Shown: positions 1 to 12,330 of the stretch, one piece after another
How positions within the stretch are numbered: position 1 is the first letter of the stretch
Layout of the letters: each line of letters begins with the position of its first letter
Assembly: GCF_006345805.1 (NCBI RefSeq)
Contig: NC_042999.1
Location: forward strand, 40,734,001 to 40,798,000
Source: Octopus sinensis
Lineage: Eukaryota
Direction: 5' to 3'
DNA: 64,000 nucleotides
Notes under the pieces: generated by a model
What the model saw: only the letters and a program-made list of their open reading frames with translations
Told to the model about the DNA's origin: nothing
The model's database searches: none
Position numbers and translations under genes: made by a program

Positions 1-127
1 TTCATCCTTTCGGAGTCGATTAAATAAGTACCAGTTACGCACTGGAGTCGATATAATCGACTTAATTCGTTTGTCTGTCCTTGTTTTTGTTCTCTCTGTT
101 TAGCCCCTTGTGGGTAGTAAAGAAATA
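1..127 (+). mobile_element. SINE family A (tRNA-derived), 3' half with tail type 1, cut by window edge
   Basis: Same core (TTTCATCCTTTCGG..AAGTACCAGTTACGCACTGG..TCGACTTAAT) and tail (TAGCCCCTTGTGGGTAGTAAAGAAATA) as the full copies at 41347 and 52859. Confidence 0.85.
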
Positions 128-651
128 AGACGTAACCTATCGCTTGATTTAACACCACTACGTAGAATCTTGAGTGCTTTTAGTGAAGTATATTTTGGTT
201 GCAAGAATTCAGCCCAGGTTTCTGGATTGACAGTACTTCCCCCGTTTCCATCAAATTCGGTGGCCCTGCAAAACGTCATGGGAACTGCGATCCCACCTAA
301 CTAAGAGATCAGAGAAAGATGTTGCATTAAAAGTTAATATAATTACTGCTTCTGCCTTTGTACCTTTGAAGGAAGATTGATGAATAGCTGCATGCAGTAG
401 CAAGCTCGTTGCTACAAGAACTTCAAAGATAAAGACACATGTGCTGGCTGTCAACGGAGCCAACGAAATGGAAGATAAGTTTCTTCTGTCCTCACAGTAA
501 TTTAGAACCATCTTCAAGGAATGGAGAAGACCGAATGAATAATCAGGAGTCAGCTAACCCTCTATTACCAAGTAGTGGATAGGATTTACTGTGTAAATAA
601 AAATATGAACTTTTACTGATATGACATGAACCACAGGAGAAACTAAGACAG

Positions 652-730
652 TGTATGTATGTATGTATGTATGTATGTATGTATGTATGTATGTATGTAT
701 GTATGTATGTATGTATGCATGTATGTATGT
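652..730. repeat. (GTAT)n microsatellite
   Basis: Direct inspection. Confidence 0.95.
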
Positions 731-787
731 TATGCATGGCATTATTCAGTTTTCTTTCAAGATTTCTTGCCAATAGAGAAAGAGCCG

Positions 788-1357
788 TGGGACGTGGACC
801 CTGTAGAGGAAACAAATGCGAGTACTTGACCAATTCCACCTCCGCTGCTTGCGACGTATCATAGATATTTCCTGGGTGGACAGAGTTTCCAACACTGAGG
901 TGCTTCGCAGAGCCGAAATGCCAGGGATCGAAGCCCTCATCATGAAGGTATAGCTCCGGTGGGTCGGACAAGTAGTCCGAATGGATGACGCGCATCTACC
1001 AAAGATGATCTTCTTTGAGCTGGCTTCTGGAGCAAGAAACCCTGGAAGGCCACTGAGGTGATACAAGGACAGCCTGAAAACTTCCCTTGAGGCCTGCCGC
1101 ATTTCAGCCCGTGGCTGGGAATCACTTGCCTCTAACCGCGGCGCCTGGCGTCCAGCTGTCCAAAAGGGTGTTAGGCTGTTCGAGGAAAAGCGCCTCAAGA
1201 GCCTGGACCAGAAGCGACAAGCCCGAAAAGAGAGGATCCCCAATCCTACTTCTACTGTTACGTGCCCAAAACGTAGCCGCGTCTGCGCATCCACCTTTGG
1301 GCTCCGCTCCCACCTCCGGAGTCACTGACGTCATTGTCGAACCCCGACAGATTTCCA
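788..1357 (+). mobile_element. RTE-clade LINE, 5'-truncated 3' fragment (pseudogenised RT C-terminus with C2H2-like finger)
   Basis: Translates (with a frameshift and stops) to [86 protein letters not shown], typical of the RTE ORF end. Confidence 0.9.
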
Positions 1358-2439
1358 TTATCATGTATTTATGTATGTGTATGTGCATGCGTAGATTTGT
1401 ATGTTTTGTTTCATATATATATATATTCATGCATATAGTTACATGTCTCGACATGCTCATATATACGTAAATGATAAAGGTCTGGAAAGTTATACAAATT
1501 TTTATGCATGTATATATGTCATTATTCAGTTTATTTCAAGATTTTTTGCCAATAGAGAAAGAACCGGTTTCTAACCAAGATCCAAAGTTCCTTCATTGGA
1601 ATTTCAACATCAACAACAGGGTATTTTCGTATGTATGTATGTATGTATGTATCTATGTATTTTTCGTATGTATGTATGTATGTATGTATGAATAGAAAGG
1701 AATGCCAAAAGAAAAAAATATGAAATTTTCTTAAAAGCATTCATGTTATAAAGTACCTGATGAACTTTGCTGTTAATTAAGAAAAAAATTAATCAAATTA
1801 TTGCTAACATGTACATATGTGTGTGTATGTGTGTGTGCATGTGTGTGTGTGTATTTGTGTATGTTTACCAGTGTGCCTCAACATACATACCCCGCACACA
1901 CATACACAGACACATATACATACATTGTTATATATTTCTTTGCCGTCGTACTTTTTGAATAATGCCGAATTAATCAAACATTTCCTAGCACGATGTATTA
2001 TTATGTAAGTAAAGCTACCTTTTTCAAATAAACAAAACGAACGCTAAATTATTTCATATCTCTTAGCAACACGTGTACATTTGAAGAATAATTTTATACT
2101 AATATTAATATTAATAGAATAAGTTATTTTCTGACGACAAAACATCACTCGTCTATTGGGCTGTCGTCTAAATGGCTACGCTTTATTGTTATATTCGAGG
2201 GGAGAAAGGAGAAATGAGATTGAATTGGTAAGGCGAGGAGGACGAAATTATAGCGGAGAGGGATATAAAGAGTGGAAGAGGAAGACAAAATGGTGGACAG
2301 CAAGAGAAGATAAGGAAGATGTAACAGGGGCAAAAGAGATATCTGAAAGGAGCAGTGCATGAAGAAGCTTCGTAATAGCGACAAAAGTAAAAACGTGGGT
2401 GTTTGGATGTATGAGAATGCGTAACTGATTTATAGAAAA

Positions 2440-3096
<657 letters not shown>

Positions 3097-6000
3097 GTTT
3101 CTTTATTAGCCACACAGGGCTGCACACAGATAGAACAAATTACAAGGTAGAGCTTTTCTTTTGAAGGTTAAAAAAAAAAAAAAAAGAAAGGGGTTAGTTT
3201 CGATCAAAAGGGATCGTAAAAGGAGAGAAAGAGGACAAAAAAAGGGGGGTTTAAAAAAAAAAGGGGAGAGGAAAAAAAATGATCAATAGGGATCGTTATC
3301 ACAGAAATGTCAATATGAAGTGTAAAGGGGAGACAGATGAGGTTTACTCGTGGAAGAAAAGCCTACGGAAAAGACCACAGTAACCTCGGTCAATGAAGTC
3401 ACATTTTATATTTCTTTTTTTTTTTTTTTTTTTTTTTGCAAATAAGCAACTCTCTGTTTTCAATTTCTGGGTTCATAGGACTATGCTCAAGGTGGCTTCG
3501 TCATTCATACGTGCCATTCTTGCTACATTCACCCATCTTTTTTAAAACATTCGCTAGACAAAACTTGCCTCTCTACTCTCACTTTCCTTTTCAAGTGGTA
3601 CTTGAAGAAGTTGATGAGAGATTGACCAGAGAGGAAAGTGTTTGTCTCCAATCCTTTCAGACGCGTCCACCAGATACATTCTTTCGCCATAGCCACAAGG
3701 ATGATGAAAATGGGCTTTCCTTCCCGTTTGAAGGAAGGAGGCGTGACAATATTGACGATAGACTCAGCTGATAAACCGACTCGTCCCACACGTGACAGCA
3801 GTTGTTCGACATAAGAGCCCACAGGTCGGAAATTGTTGGACACTGAACGAGTGCGTGCAGAACGGTTTCGTCGCTCTGACCGCATCTCGGGCAGGTCGGC
3901 CCCGTGTTTCTCGAGCGGTGTCTGTAGAGCTTATCCCGAACGGGTAGCGCTTCGGTAGCACTGCCAGGCCAGGGATCTCTGGAAGTTGTCCATGGCCCTG
4001 GCCGAAAGTCGTCCTGAACAGGCGGTCAGGTACTCCTCGTCGACGTCCAGGTTTGCCCCGAGCTCGTCGTCGTACCTCCCCTCTACTAAACCCTATAGAA
4101 TGCTTTGGTTGTGTTTGAAGTCACTTAAGGTCGACCAGGACGGCAGAGTTGCTTGAGAGCAACGCGACACTCGCGGTGCCATTCGCCCCTTCCTCGGCCT
4201 CTTTTTGATCCACGACTGCAGTTCGGTCATGGAGACGAGCTGCGGGAAAGCGTGCCTCACAAACGGCGACCACACCTGTTCACCGTCGTCTACATAGAGC
4301 CGGAGATGTCGCAGTCTCAGCGCGTGTCTGCGCATCATCAACCACGGCATGCCCAGCCCTCCTTTTAACGGGTGTTGACAGCAAATGGATCGCCTGACCA
4401 TCGGGACGCATCCTTTCCACAAGAAGCGAAAGAGAATGCGTTGTAGTTTGGTGATGGTAGGGTCGGGACAAGGTACGACGGTCAGGCGGTAGTAGATGAC
4501 GGACGCGATGTACGTGTTCGCCACCTCCGCTCGACCTTTTAGGGACAGTTTCCTCTCGGCCATTGCCGGGCGAGAGTGACCACCCTACTCGTTATCTCGT
4601 TCCAGTTCTTCTCCACTTGGAGTCCGGACCAAACCAGACCCCGAGCAACTCAACCGGGCCGTCGGTCCAGCGTCCCACGACGGAGGCGCTGGTGGACGGC
4701 ATGGGCTTGCTTCTCCAGGTGCCTAGTCGCAAGCCCACTGACTTTTCCCGGTTGATTTTCGCTCCTGTCACCGCTTCGTAGTCTTTCAGTGTCTCGCCGA
4801 CCAGCTCGATGTGCTCGTGGCTAGACACTATGACGGTGACGTCGTCCGCGTATGCAGACAACGCTCGTCCCGCATCCCCATTCTCGCGGGATGCCCCTTA
4901 GAGTCGCCAGCTTCCGCAGTAGTGGCTCAAGAGTCAATACGTATAGAAGCGCCGAGAGGGGGCATCCCTGACGGACCGAACGTGCAGTCCGAAAGGTCCT
5001 CGATAGATGTCCATTTACGCGAATTACCCGAACGGATGCCTCTGTACAAGGCAGCTATCCAGCGCGGAAGACGGGAACGAAACCAGCCGCTCTCAGGACT
5101 GCCTCCAAGTATCGATGGTCTACCCTATCAAAGGCTTTCGATTGATCCAGTTGATCAGGGCCCCACCCATGCCAGGTTCGTTAACTACCCTGTCTATGAA
5201 GTAGCGCATCAGATGGAGGTTGTCATGGATGGTCCGGCCTGGCACGGCGCACGTTTGCGCCTGTCGACCAGTTTTTTCTCGATGACAAGCGCCAACCTCT
5301 TGGCTAGCACCTTGGCCAAAATTTTCAAGTCTGCATTAAGCAGAGTGATGGGCCTAAAGTTATCTATTACATTTCCCTTGTTTAGATCTTTCTTCTTCAC
5401 AGTGTTACGGCTCCTCGGCTCACAAAACCAGGAATGCTCCCGTTTTGCTGCCAGTTGCAGTACACCGCCGCCAAGAGATCTCCAAACAAGTCTGGCATAC
5501 AATTGTAAAGCTCGTAGGGTAGACCATCCAACCCGGTGATTTGTCCCTCGAGCATTCTGCCATCGCTTCCTGCACTTCCGCCGCCGTGATGGCAACCTTC
5601 GCAGCACCCTGCCTTTTCTTGTCGAGAGTCGTGGTAGGCTATGTAGGTAGGCACTGAAGTCCACCCTACGTTCTTGCCCTCCACTCGTTCCGAACAGTCG
5701 GGCAAAATGCTGCTGAAAGGCCTCACACATTTTACTTGGCTCGAGCAATTCGCGCCCCTGTTCATCTACCCAGGGACCGAATGGTGGCTTTGTTGCCCTG
5801 TTGCGCCTCTGCCACCCGGCTTCTTCTCTCGCGCTCCAACACCTTCGTTCCTTAGAGCACGCATCCTAGCTCTGACAGCACATCCTTCGTGTTTGGCGTA
5901 AGTGTTGGTCGAGGGCCAACCTCGCCGCCAAAACGTCGGATGCGATGCCGCTTCTAATTGCCTCTTCTACTTCTTAACTAGCTCACCCTCTACTCTATTT

Positions 6001-6824
6001 CTATCTATGGCTAGTGCTTTGCTGTACCTAATCGCTTTCTGCTTTTACTGCTGCTCTCTTGAGGGCAACCACCATTTGTTGTTGATGATGGCTCCCGTCA
6101 AAGCCCTCTTACTAGTGTGCTAATCCGGTCTCTGAAAACCTGTCTCGATGGGAAGACGCGTTTAGTTTCCAGTATCCGGGACCCTGCCTAAGTGTCTTAC
6201 CTAAGTCTAGCGTACATGTCACAAGTTTGTGATCCGGTAGCTGACTATGTGAATTGTGGACATCCTATGCTATCTCTGTCTACTGTCCTACACAGTATCC
6301 TATCTAGATACGATCTCGACGACCCGATGCGGTTGCTCCATGTCCACGTTGGCACATTCGGGTGGTCTAGTCGGAACCTGTCAGACAGTTTGAAAGCGTC
6401 TGAGCAGGTCTCTGAGGCATTTGCATCCCCGTCTATTCCTATCTCTACCCACGTAGTCTACATGCGTGTCCAAGGTAGCATTCCAATCCCCCCACTAAGA
6501 GTAAAGGACGAGACGTTCCCAAGAATACTTCTAGACGTTGAAAGAAATCCGCCCGACCTGTTAAGGGCGTGCGTAAACTGATACGAGTCGAAAAGCGCAC
6601 CATTGCTGCCGTCGACATCCAGGACGACCAGTCTAAACCCTCCGGGTCTACGAATATTGTCCTTACTTTGAGATCCAGACTCTTGTGAAAAAGTACCGCG
6701 GGTGCCACTACCGCCCATTCTCGGCAGACAGGGGGAAAATATGTTTTGAACTGTCCGCCAAACATGGTCTTTAGGGCCCGCGGATTGTGGAGTCTGGTCT
6801 CACTTATGGCTATGATTTCTAGAT
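3097..6824 (-). mobile_element. Tx1-clade (L1 superfamily) non-LTR retrotransposon, copy 1, 5'-truncated inside the endonuclease
   Basis: Minus-strand ORF2 pieces, purine/pyrimidine-biased 3' UTR, 3' terminus ...CAGCCCTGTGTGGCTAATAAAGAAAC followed by (TATC)n; colinear with copy 3. Confidence 0.93.
3473..6824 (-). pseudogene. Tx1 ORF2 (APE endonuclease part, reverse transcriptase, C-terminal Cys-rich domain), frameshifted
   Basis: Motifs FRPITLLNADLKILAKVLAKRL, SAYADDVTVIV, LSLKGRAEVANTYI, HPLKGGLGMP, CPRCGQSDETVLHALVQC, KECIWW; many 1-bp indels. Confidence 0.9.
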
Positions 6825-6830
6825 AGATAA

Positions 6831-7561
6831 GTTACTTTATTGGCCACACAGGGCTGCACACAGATGGGACAAATTACAAGGTAGAGCTTTTCTTTTGGGG
6901 GATGAAAAAAAACAAAAAACAAAAGAAACAAAAAAAGTGGCGTAGGTTTTCGATCAAAAGGGATCGTAAAAGGGAAAAAAGAAAAAAGAAAAGGGTAAAA
7001 AAAGAAACAAAAGAAAAGAAAAAGGAAAAAAGAAGAAAAAAGTGGAAAGAAGGGGAAGAGGAAAAGAAAACGATCAATAGGGTTCGTGTATCACAGTGTC
7101 ATGATGTACAGTGTAAAGGGAGAAGCAGATAAGGTTTATCCGTGGAAGAAAAACCTCCGAAAAAACCACGGTAACCTCGGTCAATATTGTTATATGTTAC
7201 CACATTTGTTTGCAAGTGGGTAACCCTCTGTTTTCAATTTCTGGGTTCATAGGATTATGCTCAAGGTGGCTTCGTCATTCATACTTGCCATCCTTGCTAC
7301 ATTCACCCATCTTTTTTAAAACATTCGCTAGACAAAACTTGCCTCTCTACTCTCACTTTCCTTTTCAAGTGGTACTTGAAGAAGTTGATGAGAGATTGAC
7401 CAGAGAGGAAAGTGTTTGTCTCCAATCCTTTCAGACGCGTCCACCAGATACATTCTTTCGCCATAGCCACAAGGAAGATGAAAATAGCTCTTCCTTCCCG
7501 TTTGAAGGAAGGAGGCGTGACAATATTGACGATAGACTCAGCTGATAAACCGATTCGTCCC
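6831..7561 (-). mobile_element. Tx1 copy 2, 730 bp 3' fragment
   Basis: Near-identical to 3097-3790 (ORF2 end and 3' UTR); flanked by AGATAGATA on the left and (TAGA)4 on the right. Confidence 0.92.
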
Positions 7562-7787
7562 TAGATAGATAGATAGATTCAAGTTTTGTGTGTGTGTGCG
7601 CACGCGCGCATGAGAACGAGTTAGTGTGCATGTACCTCCGTGTATGTATGGATTTCTAAGCATCAGCGAACGTGTACCTCAGAATGAGGGGGAGAGAAAG
7701 AATGATAAACAAAAATTGAAAGAAAGAATGAATGAATGACAGATTGAAAAAGTGTAAAACTAAAGAAAATGGTTGTGTGGTTAAGAA

Positions 7788-7900
7788 AATCGCTTTGCCA
7801 CCGCGTGGGTTGGAGTCCAGTCCACTGTGCAGCACCCTGCGCAAAGGTCGTCCTGGGGAGTGAATTTGGTAAACGGAAGCTACAAAAGACCGTCGTATGA
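7788..7900 (+). mobile_element. SINE family B, degenerate 5' fragment
   Basis: Diverged match to the family B head and GTGAATTTGGTAAACGGAA..CCGTCGTAT block. Confidence 0.55.
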
Positions 7901-9229
7901 GAGAGGGGGTGGGGGTTGTTTGTGTATGTGTATATACGTATGTGTGTGTGTGTGTGTGTGTGTGGTGTCTGTGCGTGTGTGTGTCCTACTGGTGTTTTTT
8001 TTTTAGCTCTCTGTAACTTCGCAGGGATCTAGTCTTTTTCCTTTGCAAAATGAGCCCCCTTTAATTTTGCTCAGATTGCTTTCAATTTTGGTGTATCGAT
8101 GCAACTCTGAATTTTGATTACGATCAACCAATTACTTTATCTCGTAAATTAAAGAACCTGGTGTTATTTGGAATTAAAGTTGGGAAATTTGGGTAATTTT
8201 AGCCAATCAACAGTCAGCCTGGCATTAACTGCTTGTTGACCAGTGTTATTCTTGTCGTAGTTTACAAATCCAAACATGAAAACATTACTCAACTTCAAAT
8301 TTTTAGAGACACGCCCCCTTTACACACAGGCAGACACACACACACACATGAATGCATAAATGTACATATAAATTTATACGTGAATACATACATCTACATG
8401 CACTTATATATTGATGATGTACACAGATACATGACAGGTATACATAATACTGAAATACTCAAAGTAAACGTATGCAGACAAATAATTAATATAACAAATT
8501 TTAAAAATAATAAAACAAGAGACAAACGAAGTAGTAAGATGATACATGTTGATTGTATTTGGTATTTCTCTTTATTTAGAAACCTACAATGAACAGGTCA
8601 TGCTACAGTCGCTAAACTATAAATTTCATAGGGTACAACCTTAAAGTTGATACTCCTCTGCTAACCGCAGAAAATTATTATCTCGTTATTGACTAAAAAT
8701 AGTTTTTTCGATCTTTAAACCTCTATAACTCTCTCCTCCAATATTTTTCTCCATACCATCAATCCTTCATAGTAATGAGACTGGAAGACTACATTATTAT
8801 AGCCAATTTTCAGATTTTTTTACTTCCTTTTAAAAAATGCATATTTTGCGAATGAAAAAAAAAATACATCCCTTGGCAGCTCGGCAAAGGAATACGAATA
8901 TGTAAGTGACACATTTAAAAACAAAATATAAGTCCTGGGATCCATTTGCGCGACGAAAGTCTTTAAAGAAGTGCCCCAGCATGGCCGCAGTCCAGTGATT
9001 AAAGCAAGTAAAAGCACTGAGAAATTAAATAAAGCGATCGAATAGAACGGTATTGCAGAATGTATCATCCAACAAGCAAATGTCAACATGTGTAAATTGT
9101 ATGTGTTGGTGATACATTTTTTTATGTGCGATAGAATGATAAAATGAAGAAAGCAAAACAATAAAAAACAACTAAAGGAAGCAAAAGGGAAAAAATGAAA
9201 AGAAAATTGAAGACTGAAAACAAGAAAAA

Positions 9230-9236
9230 ATAAGGA

Positions 9237-9268
<32 letters not shown>

Positions 9269-9872
9269 AATTGTGAAAATATGAAAGATAAAAATGAAAA
9301 GTAAATTATGTCAGAAAGATGGAAAAGATGAGAAAGAGAAAGAGAGAGAGAAATGGTGAGAGTAGGAATATTGCAGCAGAAATAAACCGAAAAAAAGGTG
9401 GGGTGGTGGTGGTGGTGGTGGTGGTGGTGGTGGCGGCGGCGGCGGTGGGGGCGGTTTTGGTGCTGTGCTGGTGCTGGTGCTGGTGGTGCTGGTGGTGATG
9501 CAGGTGCCGGTGGTGGTGGGGCTGGTGTGCTGGTGGTGCTGGTGGTGCTGGTGGTGCTGGTGCTGGCGGTGCAGCTGGAGGATAGCTTAGGGAAAAAAAG
9601 AAGGATGAAAGGAAGGAAGGAAGGAAGGAAGGAAGGAAGGAAGGAAGGAGGGAAGAGAAGGAAAGAGCTGGACTGAGTGAAATGGAGTTTGATGAGTACT
9701 TGAACATTGTATAGATAAAGAGAAAGAAAAACAAGAAAAAGAAAATATAACGTGTGAAAAGAGAGACAGGCATTAGGAGACGCACGAGGAACAGAAAGAG
9801 AGTAAATACAGACGTCGGCAAGATAGAGCAAGAGATGGTGAGAGTGGGAGAACGATTGAATGAAAGAGAGAT

Positions 9873-9921
<49 letters not shown>

Positions 9922-9930
9922 AAAGCTTGT
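9230..9930. repeat. Compound purine-rich microsatellites (GAAA, GGT, GGTGCT, GGAA, GA)
   Basis: Direct inspection. Confidence 0.9.
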
Positions 9931-10289
9931 AAGTTTTAAGTAAGAAAAATTTACGAAGTCAGAAGTCGAGAAGATATGGAACGTTAATAAATAAATATTA
10001 ACAAGAAGAAGGTGAAAATGTGCTAAGAAATAGATGGAGATGTGAAAATAAAAATAAAATGATTTCAGCCAGACAGACAGAAAATAAAATGAAAAATATC
10101 GAGAAATGTCTTCACTAAAAATAATTATTTTATAAAATTTTTCTTTAAACAATTTCTTTTAATTTTAAATATATTTTTCATCAATTTTTATATATTTATT
10201 AATAGGGTATATTTGCTTATAAAGACTTTTGCAGCACGTTGAGTTATATAGAATGCTGTGCTCTCTATATTTCTTGTTCGCTGTCAGTA

Positions 10290-10303
10290 TCTTTCAATCG
10301 CTC

Positions 10304-10342
<39 letters not shown>

Positions 10343-11561
10343 CCCTCTGTCACTCTCTCTCTCTCTCCAACTGCCTCAGCCTCTCTTCTGTCCGTCTGTC
10401 CCTCTCTCTCTTTCATTCTCTCTCATTCTTTCTCTCTCTCTCTTTTAAGACTATCCAGCTTCAAGAAAAAGTAAGAACACTCTTTCTTACTCAAAAAGCT
10501 CTATCCACTTATCACTCTCTCTTTCTCTTTCTTCCTCTCTCTCTCTCTTAATGTCGTATCCTCTTGTTTTCTCGTTTTCTATATTGCTTCCTCCTTCCCC
10601 ACCTCCCCCTGTCCAACTTTCTCCCAGCAAATACTATATCCTCTTGTTCTCTCTCTCTCCCCTCCCTATCAGCCTCTCTCTATCTCTCTCTTCCTCTCTC
10701 CCACAGTCTCTCTCTTGCTCTCTCTCTCCTTTTTTCTTGCCTACTCATTTTCTAACATGGCACCTTTTATCATTTCCCGTCCCCCTCTAAGATGCCGCCT
10801 TCTGTTTTCTCTCTCCATTTTCTCCCTGCAAATATTGTATCTGCGCTCTCTCTCTCTCTCTCTATCTATCAATCTATCTATCTATCTATCTCTCAACCCC
10901 CCTCTCTCTCCCTCTCTCTCATTTTCATTTCCGAAGATAACGCCTTTTGTTTCTTTTCACTATCTCACGCTTTCTACCTGCAATTATTGTATCCTCTTGC
11001 TTTCCTCTCTCTCTCTCTCTCTCTCTCTCTATCAGTCTTTCTCTTTTACTCTCACCTATTCTTAGTCTTTTGCTCTCACCCTCCATCTTTCTCTCTCTTC
11101 TCTCGCTCCCTCACCTTCTAAGATGGCACATTTTGTTCTTTCGCTCTCTTTCTATATCTCTCTCTTGCTCTCTCTCTCTCTTTCACTCTCCCTCAGTTTC
11201 TAAATGAACGCTTTTTGTTTTCTTTCTAATTCGCTCTTTCTCCCAGCAAATATTATATCCTCTTGCTCTCTCTGTCTCCCCTCTCTGTACCCCTCTCTCT
11301 ATCTCTCTCTACCTCTCTCCCACTGTCTCTCTCTTCCTTTCTCCTTTTTCCTCGCCTCCTCATTTTCTAACATGGCACCTTTCATCCTTTATCGTCCCCC
11401 GCTTTCTCTCTCACTCTCTTTCTTAATATTTCTCTTTCTCTTCTCCTCCTCTTCCCTCTTTCTATTGCTCTCTCTTGCTCTTTTACTCCCTCCCTCGCCC
11501 TCCTTTTTCCATTCCTCTCGCTTCCTCACTTTCTAACATGACACGTTTTGTTCTTTCTGCC

Positions 11562-11618
<57 letters not shown>

Positions 11619-11620
11619 CG
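10290..11620. repeat. CT-rich degenerate minisatellite
   Basis: Polypyrimidine tract with recurring islands CTCCCAGCAAATA.TATATCCTCTTG (10621, 11241) and TTCTAACATGGCAC-like (about 10750, 11115, 11365, 11530). Confidence 0.8.
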
Positions 11621-11879
11621 CTATTTATCCTATGCTGGCATCATTTCGCTTTCACGCCTTACTTTCTCTGACTTCAGACACGTCCATTTTGTTTCTTTAT
11701 TTCTCTCCTTTTCTATGATTTGTATTTTAATTATTCCGCTTACGATGATGTTTGTGATTGATGGACACCTCCATGGCTGGCGTTTACAGCTATTTTATTT
11801 TTGCGTTTATGACGTCACTATTAATTTTAGTCTAATCAATTTGCTATTAGTAACGATGATTGGACTATTGATTGATTAA

Positions 11880-12070
11880 TTGATAGATAGATAGATGGAG
11901 AGAGAGGAGGGCAACCAGACAGACAGACGGATGGACGGACGAACGGACGGGCAGAGAGATCGACGGGCAGACAGGCAGGCAGGCAGGCAGAGAGGCAGAC
12001 AGATTGGTAAGCAGACAAGCATATATGTAGGTAGGTAGGTAGATAGGTACGTAAGTACGTATGTACGTAC

Positions 12071-12107
<37 letters not shown>

Positions 12108-12211
12108 TAGATAGATAGATAGTATATATATAGATAACAGACAGACAGACAGCAGACAGACAGATAGATAGATAGATAGATAGATAGAATAGATAGATAG
12201 ATAGATAGATA
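11880..12211. repeat. Compound GATA/GACA/GGCA/GGTA array
   Basis: Direct inspection; abuts the 3' end of Tx1 copy 3. Confidence 0.92.
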
Positions 12212-12330
12212 TTTTCTTTATTAGCCACACAGGGCTGCACAAGATAGAACAAATTACAAGTAGAGCTTTTCTTTGGGGGTAAAAAAAAGGGAGTGGTGTT
12301 TTTCGATCAAAAGGGTCGTAAAAGGAAAGA

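Noticed and set aside
130-300. Open minus-strand frame (LGGIAVPMTFCRATEFDGNGG..) after an acceptor-like TCTCTGATCTCTTAG
   Set aside because: No protein family recognised, no convincing donor and no neighbouring exons; needs RNA-seq or a protein search.
9172-10152. 326 aa ORF with poly-His, poly-Pro and PAP runs
   Set aside because: It is entirely explained by compound microsatellites; no domain or splice support.
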